A stretch of DNA of 64,000 nucleotides from Candidatus Saccharimonadia bacterium (GTDB lineage: Bacteria > Patescibacteriota > Saccharimonadia > CAILAD01 > CAZGYV01): contig JAYRII010000012.1 in NCBI GenBank assembly GCA_041906885.1, forward strand, positions 94,955-158,954, in the 5' to 3' direction. The notes below the pieces were generated by a model. It worked only from the letters and a program-made list of their open reading frames with translations. It was not told the DNA's origin and made no database searches. Position numbers and translations under genes: made by a program. Positions 36,764 through 45,344 of the stretch are shown piece after piece (the stretch's first letter is position 1; every line of letters starts with the position of its first letter).

Positions 36764-37300
36764 TTAAGGTTGTGTGCCAGTAAAGACAATGTCAAAGGCA
36801 TTGATCTGAGCCGCAGAGCCAGTCACAGCATCGGCGTGCACATTTACAACCACTTGATAGTTGTTTGTAGCAGCCGCATTGATAGTGGCAATTGAGACGT
36901 TGCCATTAATCAGATCCGCTAAAGTTGTGTCAACGACAGGCGAGTTGTCAATTTTCTGAATCTTGACTTCTACTTTGTTGAAATCTGTAAAGTTGCTGTA
37001 AGTTGGGGCAACTGGCACATGTGCAGTGACAGCTAATGCTACACCACCATTGTTTTTCAAATCAAAAGCGAAGGGTGTGGTATTCACACCAGGAACTACA
37101 TTTGTAAGCATAAAACCCTGCGCCGAGCTACCAAAACCAGACCCAGTATCAACTTGCAAATCAGCCGTGGCAGTAGCTAGCGTGTTATTTGTCAGGGTCG
37201 CAGTTGAAGTCAAATTCGCAAAAGTTGCACCTGCGACTAAAGTGAGAGTTGCTCCAATAGCAACAGCAGCACGAGAGATTGCCATACGTCGTGTTGTCAT
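36764..37300 (-). CDS. TasA/camelysin-family (SipW-cognate signal peptide) secreted protein
   Basis: signal peptide MTTRRMAISRAAVAIGATLTLVAGATFANL with A-x-F-x-N SipW-cognate motif and downstream TLATATADLQVD resembling TasA N-terminus; adjacent to sipW. Confidence 0.55.
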   Translation of the reverse strand: MTTRRMAISRAAVAIGATLTLVAGATFANLTSTATLTNNTLATATADLQVDTGSGFGSSAQGFMLTNVVPGVNTTPFAFDLKNNGGVALAVTAHVPVAPTYSNFTDFNKVEVKIQKIDNSPVVDTTLADLINGNVSIATINAAATNNYQVVVNVHADAVTGSAAQINAFDIVFTGTQP

Positions 37301-37487
37301 ATCTAAATCACCCCCTCTCTGATCCAATTAGCCTCACAAAAAGCTTATCCTTATTATACACTTATTATAATAAAAGCAATCTTTAAATGTAATAAAGCAC
37401 AATTTTTTTGACAGAAGAGGCTGTCTGCTCTATCCTGCAGTCATCATTATAGTTAATTGGGGTGGTGTACTGGGCAAGATTTTATTA

Positions 37488-38570
37488 GTGAGATTAGGGC
37501 TAGGGTTGCTGATCGGAGTATATATAATCGGAGGCTTAGTTCTGTCTGGGGGCAATCCAGTTTTAGCATTGGTGGAGTCAGTCAAGCAGGAGCTCCAGTC
37601 GCCAAGCCAGTTGGCTCGATCGCCCATCCCAGCAAATAGTCAACTAGCTAATGACACTAGTCAAACCCCAGTCTCCAAATCGCCAGCAGCCAAATCTGGT
37701 GAGAATATGAAATCAAACAGTCAGCCACTGACAAAAAAGCCCCAGTCAGTTGGCATTTTTATCAGCAATTCCCCGGATGATCCGGCTGCGTTTGGCGTCC
37801 TAGATCAGGTCTCGGCTATGGGCTTTAACACGGTCTATAACTATTCTTCTTTTCACTCATCACCAGAAAACGTTAGAAAATACCTTGACTATGCTGGAGG
37901 GCGTGGCCTGAAAGTTATTTTTAGTCTTAAAGATCTCTATGATCAATTACCAGGCAGTCAGCAGTGGCCACAAAATTTTGGTTATTATGGAGGTAGCAAC
38001 GAGGAAATAGCCCTAAACGTTGTCCGACTATTTAAGGACCACCCCGCAACCTGGGGATTTTCAATTAGTGATGAAGCACCGGAGGGCCCTGCCCAGTTAT
38101 CGTCTTGGCAGCAAGTGCTTGAAAGCCGTTATCAAAAGATCAAGTCGATCACCAATAAGCCCGTTATGTTGGTATTGGTCGGACAGACCAGCCCAAACCA
38201 ATCGACTCGCAGGAATTTCTTAAGCAGCCTGAGGAGTGCTCGAGATAATTTTGCACTTGATTACTACCCGATTCCGTTCGAATCCCCTGACCAAATTAAT
38301 TCTATCACTGCTGATATGCCAGCGATTGGTGAAAATAATGGTTGGTTCGTTGCTCAATGCTTTAGCTGGAGTAGCTATTCAACAACAGCCTATGGCTTGG
38401 GCTATAATGCCTCTGTTGCTCGCCCGCCAGCCGCTGAGGAGATGTATAATATGGCCAAAATGGCCTTAAACTCCGGAGCGCGCAATATTATGTTTTATTC
38501 ATATTTTGACATCAAAGACAATCCAGCCCAGCTGGCGGCCCTAAAAAGCGTAGTCGCCAGACTACGCTAG
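37488..38570 (+). CDS. secreted hypothetical protein (TIM-barrel glycoside-hydrolase-like suspected)
   Basis: signal peptide; no firm catalytic motif identified. Confidence 0.3.
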   Translation: MRLGLGLLIGVYIIGGLVLSGGNPVLALVESVKQELQSPSQLARSPIPANSQLANDTSQTPVSKSPAAKSGENMKSNSQPLTKKPQSVGIFISNSPDDPAAFGVLDQVSAMGFNTVYNYSSFHSSPENVRKYLDYAGGRGLKVIFSLKDLYDQLPGSQQWPQNFGYYGGSNEEIALNVVRLFKDHPATWGFSISDEAPEGPAQLSSWQQVLESRYQKIKSITNKPVMLVLVGQTSPNQSTRRNFLSSLRSARDNFALDYYPIPFESPDQINSITADMPAIGENNGWFVAQCFSWSSYSTTAYGLGYNASVARPPAAEEMYNMAKMALNSGARNIMFYSYFDIKDNPAQLAALKSVVARLR

Positions 38571-38601
38571 TTTTGATCTTTAGCTTGATTGAAGCGTGCT
38601 A

Positions 38602-40311
38602 CTAGATTTGTGGTGTAAGCTCGGTAATCGCCTGATCAACAGTTTTAATCGGCACTCCAGACTGCTCAATTGCAGAAATGTGTGTATCGAGGTCAGTCGG
38701 CGTAACGGCATAACTGTCACCCGAACTATCTACTTGGTGATAAACTAGCACCAACCAAGTTTTATCGGCTTTGGCTCTGGCGACCCAGCTTGCAACTTGC
38801 TCTGGCGTGGTAGTTGATAAGATGTTTTGTACCCTGATATTATATAGGTCAAAGTTATCTTTACTGTTGTAGCCCTCATCAACCGATCGGTGTGAGCGAT
38901 AGAGTATCTTAATCGCTGCGATAGTGGATGAATTGTATGCACCATATGGCGAGGCAAAATCCTGGACTGGGCTACCAAAATGCACTTCTAAGAAACTTTT
39001 TGAATTGGTCAATTCAGCCATCAAATCATTGTAGGCCAAAGTCGTCAGATCGGGGTGAGTCACTGTGTGTGAAGCAATCTGGTGGCCAGCATTTTTGAAT
39101 GCCATCACATCACTTGAGGTCATGTAGAGTGGATCTTTGTCGATATTACCCGTCAAAATGTATTGCGTTGACAAGACATGATGGGCTGAGAGAATTGGCA
39201 GACCACTGCTGTAAATAGATTTCCAGCCGTCATCAAAAGCCAAGCTGACCAGGCCATTATTAAAGCCGTGTACGGTGGTTGGTACGAAGCTATAATCATC
39301 TACACTCAAATAGCCGACCCCGGCAATCAAGTGAAATACTGTCACGCTTGAGGTGCCGGCTGGCAGTTCAACGCTGTCGCTATATTGCGTCCAGCTTGTC
39401 GGGCTGGCTGGGGCATTTTTTAGGTTCAAATAGCTTATCGTACCATCAATCTTGCTAGCAGCAACCACAACGTGTGTATCGATGCTGGATTTGTAGTAAT
39501 CACTAAAACTATAGATTTGTCCGCCCTGAGCCGGCTGCGAGTCAAAGTACCATTTGGCGTCTCCGTCGGTGTACTTAGTCATGTCAATCCGAGCAGCATG
39601 GTTACCATTGTGACCTGTACTGAGGAGGCTAAAAGTGGCCGTATTAGTACCCCATTTACTATTCTGCCAGGCCAGTGGGCTGCCAGTTAGGTCGTTCACC
39701 TGTTCTAGTGAGTTATTTGGCACCCCGCTAGTTATGACTGGTACGTCAGCTGTGTATTGAGCCAGCTTAGTATTGTCGATGATTAGCCAGCCCCGACCAG
39801 TAATTAGGTGTAAAACAGTAACTGATTTGGCCTTAGCAGGTGTACTAAAAACATATGATACTTGTTTCCAGGTGTTTGTTTTAGCTGCCGTACCTAGCCA
39901 TTGGTAGCTGACACCACCGTCTTCATCGGTCACCCGGACGACTACTTCAGAACTAATATTGGCCCGATAATAATCACTGTATATATACTGTGAGTTAGCT
40001 TTGACCGCCACATCGTCAGAGAACCATTTGGCGTCACCATCGGTGTAGCTAGCTATATTGACTTTGACGCTCCGACTGCCAGTCTGACCGGTCTTGAGAT
40101 AGCTGTATCCGGCAGTATTTGTTCCCCAATTCGAATGAGTCCAGCCTTGAGGTAGTTGGCCTGGTTTATTGGTGCTTGGTTGCTCCATTGATGGATTGAC
40201 GATCAAGTTAGGCCCAATTGCTGCCTGAGCAGGGTTCATCAAGGCACTCACGACAAAAGCAGCCAGAGCAATCATTAGACCTAGTCCAAATCGCATAAGT
40301 AATTTTTTCAT
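38602..40311 (-). CDS. secreted polysaccharide deacetylase (CE4/NodB) with two N-terminal CBM-like beta-sandwich repeats
   Basis: NodB motifs LAFDDGW and HTVTHPDL; duplicated ~150-aa N-terminal modules; signal peptide. Confidence 0.75.
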   Translation of the reverse strand: MKKLLMRFGLGLMIALAAFVVSALMNPAQAAIGPNLIVNPSMEQPSTNKPGQLPQGWTHSNWGTNTAGYSYLKTGQTGSRSVKVNIASYTDGDAKWFSDDVAVKANSQYIYSDYYRANISSEVVVRVTDEDGGVSYQWLGTAAKTNTWKQVSYVFSTPAKAKSVTVLHLITGRGWLIIDNTKLAQYTADVPVITSGVPNNSLEQVNDLTGSPLAWQNSKWGTNTATFSLLSTGHNGNHAARIDMTKYTDGDAKWYFDSQPAQGGQIYSFSDYYKSSIDTHVVVAASKIDGTISYLNLKNAPASPTSWTQYSDSVELPAGTSSVTVFHLIAGVGYLSVDDYSFVPTTVHGFNNGLVSLAFDDGWKSIYSSGLPILSAHHVLSTQYILTGNIDKDPLYMTSSDVMAFKNAGHQIASHTVTHPDLTTLAYNDLMAELTNSKSFLEVHFGSPVQDFASPYGAYNSSTIAAIKILYRSHRSVDEGYNSKDNFDLYNIRVQNILSTTTPEQVASWVARAKADKTWLVLVYHQVDSSGDSYAVTPTDLDTHISAIEQSGVPIKTVDQAITELTPQI

Positions 40312-40451
40312 ATTTTCTCCCTTATTGAAATTTAATGTTGCACTAAAGAAGCTATGACGCGTGACATTAAAACTATGTGGTAAATACCAAATGCAGTAGC
40401 CACAAAAGCTATTATTAAAGATCTAATTTTAAACTTTATCAAAATAACCTG

Positions 40452-40628
40452 CTATTTTGTGGCGTTTTTGAGGTACAAAACACCCCAAACAAGTAAAATG
40501 ACTGCTGACAAGCTAGCTACTGGGATAGCCCAGTTAGCACCAGTTGATGGCAACACAGCTACGCCGGCACCAGCTACTACTGGTACTATTACGCCGCCGC
40601 CGCGGCCTGGTGTAATTCCTTCACTCAT
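40452..40628 (-). CDS. 58-aa peptide ending in a cell-wall sorting signal (LPSTG + hydrophobic + KNATK)
   Basis: AGGAAA RBS 6 nt upstream of ATG; LPSTG-ANWAIPVASLSAVILLVWGVLYL-KNATK; below ORF-track size cutoff. Confidence 0.4.
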   Translation of the reverse strand: MSEGITPGRGGGVIVPVVAGAGVAVLPSTGANWAIPVASLSAVILLVWGVLYLKNATK

Positions 40629-40651
40629 GATTTTTCCTTACTATTAAAAAA

Positions 40652-41758
40652 CTATCTGGTCTGGATGCGATAGCGTCGCGATGACGTTTCCCATCCAGGC
40701 TTAATAGTTTTAAAACGACCCAGAATAATTACCTCGATAAATGACTTATAAAACAGGTATAGATTCGTAAATCTCAAAACGTAAAATAACGGAAAAGCGG
40801 TAAATATATCCCACCGTTTATTTAAGGCAGCGGCAAACGTTGTCCAGCCGAGCATGAAGCCAATGTCAAAGATAAAGTACATCGCCAAAGAGCTTAGCCC
40901 GCGTTGGCTCAAGGCTGCAAATGCCATAATCAAGAGGAGTTCAATCGTAAAAATAAATGTCTCAGCAATCATAAAAAACATATAAGCATCAATTTTTTGA
41001 GCTCGCATGGCTAGCTGGTGTTTTTTCTGACCTTGCCAAAATCCTCTGTACCATCGGACTACCTGATTTTTAAAATCTTTAAAATCTTTCGGATCTTGAG
41101 TGTAGCTTTTTGCTTCCGGGAAATAGGCGATTTTACCAAGTCTGGCGCGGTGTAATTGGATAGTCAGGTCAAAGTCCTCGGTCAGACTACTGTGATCAAA
41201 GTCTAGCTGGTCGAAAATATCAGATCTAAAGCATGAAGTTGGACCGGGAATGACAGTAATTGTGCCCAGCCAGGCCTGCAAACGACGGAAAATTTCTAGA
41301 CCGATAGTGTATTCGAAGGTACGGTATTTGCTAACCCATCCGCCTGGTAAGCTCTGGACATGACCACAGGCAGCTGCATACTTTGGGTTGAGTTTATGAC
41401 GGAAAACCTTGAAATATGTTGGTCCGAAGACTCCATCAGCATCGGCGATATGGATCCAAGAATAGCGTGCCGTCAGATTATAAAAATCAACACACTTCTT
41501 GATCGCACCAGCTTTACCACTGTGCGCTACCTTGATGACATTATTTGGATGTATCATCTGGCTGGCAATTAGTGAGGTGTTATCAACCGAAGCATCATCA
41601 ACGACATAAATATCTCGCTTCGGTTGACCAGCTTTTTTGGCCGAAGCAATTGTAGCAGCAATCACCAGCTCTTCATTATGGGCTGGAATGACCAGGGCTA
41701 ATTTACGTTTATAAATTCTAGCTTTAAACATGAGCTTCCTTGTGTAAACAAAGCCCAT
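40652..41758 (-). CDS. processive family-2 glycosyltransferase (PgaC/IcaA/cellulose-synthase-like)
   Basis: DDAS, DADG, TED and QVVRW (QxxRW) motifs; C-terminal TM helices. Confidence 0.75.
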   Translation of the reverse strand: MGFVYTRKLMFKARIYKRKLALVIPAHNEELVIAATIASAKKAGQPKRDIYVVDDASVDNTSLIASQMIHPNNVIKVAHSGKAGAIKKCVDFYNLTARYSWIHIADADGVFGPTYFKVFRHKLNPKYAAACGHVQSLPGGWVSKYRTFEYTIGLEIFRRLQAWLGTITVIPGPTSCFRSDIFDQLDFDHSSLTEDFDLTIQLHRARLGKIAYFPEAKSYTQDPKDFKDFKNQVVRWYRGFWQGQKKHQLAMRAQKIDAYMFFMIAETFIFTIELLLIMAFAALSQRGLSSLAMYFIFDIGFMLGWTTFAAALNKRWDIFTAFPLFYVLRFTNLYLFYKSFIEVIILGRFKTIKPGWETSSRRYRIQTR

Positions 41759-41924
41759 TTTTTAAATAAAAAGAGGGCTTTCACCCTCGAAATAAACAAT
41801 GAGGCGTATAATAACTTATAATTAACAATATGTCAATAGTCATTAGGTAATAAATTACAAAATACATTTTAAATTTTACTGCCAAAACGCTTACCCTTTG
41901 ATATAATACTTCCTAGGACCAATC

Positions 41925-43301
41925 ATGGCATTATCACGCAGGATCCCTAGTCCCCTAGGCTCTACTTTAGTCGAAATAATTATTAGTCTAAGTATTGTAT
42001 CGGTTGTAATTTTGGCAGTTGTATCGGTACTGATATTTAATTTACGAATAATTTCCAGCGCTAAAGCTCGAGCTATCGGCACGGCACTAGCTAATGAAAA
42101 ATTAGAAAATCTACGCAACATGCCCTACGATAGCCTGGCTACGGTCAATGGACCGATCTATCCGGCCGGTACGATTCCGGATGATCAAAACGTTACTGTC
42201 AGCAATATCAAAATGCGTGTTCACACCGATATTGACTACGTTGACGATCCTTATGATGGAAACTATAGTGGTACAATTGTTGGTAAGCCAAAGGATTTAT
42301 ACCCTTATGATTATAAAAAAGCTACCATATCTGTTTATCTAGTAGCTGGCAATCAGAAATTAACCTCACTCAGTTCAAATATAGCCGGTAAGGTTGCCGA
42401 GACGGCCAGTAATACCGGCATTATCGCGGTTAAAGTCCAAGACGCCAGCGGCAATCCAGTCGAAGATGCTGTTGTCCATTTGACTAATTCCTCAGTTGCA
42501 CCAGCGGTTGATATCACCACTAATACTGATATTCAGGGTCAAGTATTAGTGCCAAAAATGCCACCAGATGCTGGTGGTCATTATCATATTGAAGTGACTA
42601 AAACTGGCTATTCAAGCGATCAAACATATCCAGCTACAGCTCAATTACCAGTACCGGCGCGACCGGACTTTAGTGTTATAGCACAGCAAACTATCAGTCT
42701 GACATTTAGCATTGATCAAACAGCTAATTTAACCGTTAGAGTAAAAGACGCCTCTGGCAATGCTTTAGCTGGTAAGTCAATTACTGTCAGCGGGCAAAAA
42801 CTACTCAATGATCCGAATTCTACACCAAATGTACCAAAAACAACCCAAACACTAACGACTGATGCGACTGGAAAAATCAATATTTCTAGCCTGGAGTGGG
42901 ACAGTTACACTTTCTCAATAAATGGATATAAAATCCTCACTTCATCCCCCTATAGTCCGGTTAGTGTCGGCCCGCTTTCAAGCCTGACAGTTGATATTGT
43001 GGCTGATGTTAATTCAACTAATTATCCGACTATCAGTAATGTTAGCCCTCGCAGTGCCCCACCAGGAGGCAGTTTGCAACTTGATGTAATTGGAAATAAC
43101 TTGAGCAGTACGACCACAGTCAGGCTGAAAAAATCTGGCCAAAGTGATATTCTTGCATCTGGAGTAACTTATGATAGTTCAACAGGTACGCTGAGTGGTA
43201 ACGTTGATCTGAGTAGTGCGGCAACAGGAAACTGGGATATCGAGATTACAAAAGGCGGCTTAACAACTACCCAGATTGGAGGTCTGAATGTCTCAAATTA
43301 G
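41925..43301 (+). CDS. type IV pilin-like (pseudopilin) protein, 458 aa
   Basis: prepilin-type N-terminus ...PLG|STLVEIIISL (Glu at +5) then hydrophobic helix. Confidence 0.6.
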   Translation: MALSRRIPSPLGSTLVEIIISLSIVSVVILAVVSVLIFNLRIISSAKARAIGTALANEKLENLRNMPYDSLATVNGPIYPAGTIPDDQNVTVSNIKMRVHTDIDYVDDPYDGNYSGTIVGKPKDLYPYDYKKATISVYLVAGNQKLTSLSSNIAGKVAETASNTGIIAVKVQDASGNPVEDAVVHLTNSSVAPAVDITTNTDIQGQVLVPKMPPDAGGHYHIEVTKTGYSSDQTYPATAQLPVPARPDFSVIAQQTISLTFSIDQTANLTVRVKDASGNALAGKSITVSGQKLLNDPNSTPNVPKTTQTLTTDATGKINISSLEWDSYTFSINGYKILTSSPYSPVSVGPLSSLTVDIVADVNSTNYPTISNVSPRSAPPGGSLQLDVIGNNLSSTTTVRLKKSGQSDILASGVTYDSSTGTLSGNVDLSSAATGNWDIEITKGGLTTTQIGGLNVSN

Positions 43302-43893
43302 GCCAAGCTGGACTCAGTCAAAAGGTATGACAATGCTAGAGATTATCATTGTACTGCCAATGGTAGCAATTCTAACTATTATTGTCTTTGTATTAATAAC
43401 CAGTTCGCTCAAAAGTTATCGTTATTCCCAAGCTCAAGCCCAAGGCTCATACCAGATTGCTAACTATCTAGAACGGGTCGGACGGGTATTGCGTGGTGCT
43501 TTTGATGTTGAGAGTGCAGATAGTAAATCGTTGGTGATACACGCCTACTTCTCTCCTCGAGACAACATCCCTGACCGGATCAGGTATTTTGTTGATAGTA
43601 GCGGCAACCTAAAGGTTGGTACTGTAGTTGCCACTGGTACCGCTCCCAATTACACCTATAATGTCGCCAGTGAACGAGTTACTACACTACTGTCGAATAT
43701 TAAAAATGATACTACCACACCTGTTTTTACCTACTATGATGATAATGGCAACCAGCTGACCGGTACAATTGCACCTACATCTATTAAGGAAGTTGGCATT
43801 AGATTTGACATTAATCCAGATAGTTCAATCTTGAAAAAGAACATGACCGGACAAACTAGAATCAATCTTAGAAACAGAAAAACGAACCTATGA
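43288..43893 (+). CDS. type IV pilin-like protein, 201 aa
   Basis: ...SKG|MTMLEIIIVL (Glu +5). Confidence 0.6.
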   Translation: MSQIRPSWTQSKGMTMLEIIIVLPMVAILTIIVFVLITSSLKSYRYSQAQAQGSYQIANYLERVGRVLRGAFDVESADSKSLVIHAYFSPRDNIPDRIRYFVDSSGNLKVGTVVATGTAPNYTYNVASERVTTLLSNIKNDTTTPVFTYYDDNGNQLTGTIAPTSIKEVGIRFDINPDSSILKKNMTGQTRINLRNRKTNL

Positions 43894-45332
43894 AAATAGC
43901 TAAAAAATTATTCAATACCGGTGATACTATAAAGGGGTTTACCACAGTTCAAGTCATAATTACATCAATCTTATTAATAAGTATTGGTCTAATTGTCGCC
44001 ACCACTGCCGTGATGAATTACAAATTCTCTACCTACACCCAAAAATCGATTAGCGCCGGAGCTATCGCCGAGGCAGGTGTTAACTACTATTTGTGGCATT
44101 TATCGCATAATGTGACAGATTATTGCGATGGCAATACATGCGGCGTACAAGGTCCTGACGGTTTCGGCCCTTTCGCTTATAACTATAAAGATAGTAGTGG
44201 TAAAGTGGTTGGTACCTATTCTCTCTATGTTAAGCCGCCCCAGAATTATGCTAATACCGTCACTGTCAAGTCAATTGGCAAAGTCAATGGCCTAAATAAA
44301 TCACGAGTAGTTCAGGCTCAACTATCTATTCCGACAGTCGCCTCGTACGTCCTACTCACTTCAACCCAAGCTTGGATTGGACAGAACGAGACATTTAATG
44401 GGCCACTACATTCAAATATTGGCTTAAGAGTAGATTCGACAGTTAATGCCCCAGTGACGGTGGCTCAAAGCACCTACACGCCATCGGTACAGTTTGGTGG
44501 TAATGGTTCGGTCAAACCGGGTATTTGGGCAGGGGTCAATCCTCAACCCGGCAAGTCTACCTGGCAATTTCCGGTGCCGCCGATCGACTTTAGCTCTGTC
44601 ACGACCAACTTACAACAGCTAAAATCCAGCGCTCAGTCGGGTGGAAAATATTTGGGAGCATCTGGCAAAAAAGGTTATTATCTTTTCTTAAAAAGTGATA
44701 ATTCGATTGACGTCTACAAGGTTAATACAGAGAATTGTAATGGTCAGCACATCACAAAAAGCTTTTATCAAAATATTTCTAAGCCGGCTAACGGCATACT
44801 ATTTGTTGAGGATGATGTTTGGATCCAGTCAAATGGCTCACAGCCTAATGTTGATAAGTATAACGGCCGATTGACTATTGCAACTGGTCGCTTCCCAACC
44901 AACAGTAGTACGAACACAACTATCACAATCGAGGGTGACATCTTGTATGCTAAAAAAGATGGTAGCAATGTGATTGGCCTGATAGCCCAAAAAGACGTCA
45001 AAGTGTCACGATTTGCGCCTACTAACATTGAGATCGACGCTGCTATGCTAGCTCAAACTGGCCATGTTTGGTACAACAAAGATACGCTAAATAATAATGG
45101 TAATTGTCAGACTTCAGTTAAAAATAATATTAATTTTTATGGCTCAATGGCGACCTACGATTATTGGACTTGGACGATCGTCAATGGCTCTGGTAGCACG
45201 ATCGATGGCTACAATACTACGGTGAATAATTATGATCAAAATCTCAAATATAATCCCCCACCGGGCTTTCCGACCACAACAACTGGTAATTTTGCTATTC
45301 TCAACTACCGCGAACTACTCGAAAATCCATAA
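43890..45332 (+). CDS. large minor-pilin-like protein lacking Glu+5 (GspK/PilX-like), 480 aa
   Basis: ...IKG|FTTVQVIITS (Gln at +5), overlapping start with previous gene. Confidence 0.5.
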   Translation: MKIAKKLFNTGDTIKGFTTVQVIITSILLISIGLIVATTAVMNYKFSTYTQKSISAGAIAEAGVNYYLWHLSHNVTDYCDGNTCGVQGPDGFGPFAYNYKDSSGKVVGTYSLYVKPPQNYANTVTVKSIGKVNGLNKSRVVQAQLSIPTVASYVLLTSTQAWIGQNETFNGPLHSNIGLRVDSTVNAPVTVAQSTYTPSVQFGGNGSVKPGIWAGVNPQPGKSTWQFPVPPIDFSSVTTNLQQLKSSAQSGGKYLGASGKKGYYLFLKSDNSIDVYKVNTENCNGQHITKSFYQNISKPANGILFVEDDVWIQSNGSQPNVDKYNGRLTIATGRFPTNSSTNTTITIEGDILYAKKDGSNVIGLIAQKDVKVSRFAPTNIEIDAAMLAQTGHVWYNKDTLNNNGNCQTSVKNNINFYGSMATYDYWTWTIVNGSGSTIDGYNTTVNNYDQNLKYNPPPGFPTTTTGNFAILNYRELLENP

Positions 45333-45344
45333 GGAGCCAACACC

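Noticed and set aside
40459-40647. 62-aa plus-strand ORF
   Set aside because: It is antisense to the LPSTG mini-ORF. It has a GTG start, no RBS and a low-complexity product; the minus-strand ORF with AGGAAA RBS and coherent sorting-signal architecture is preferred.
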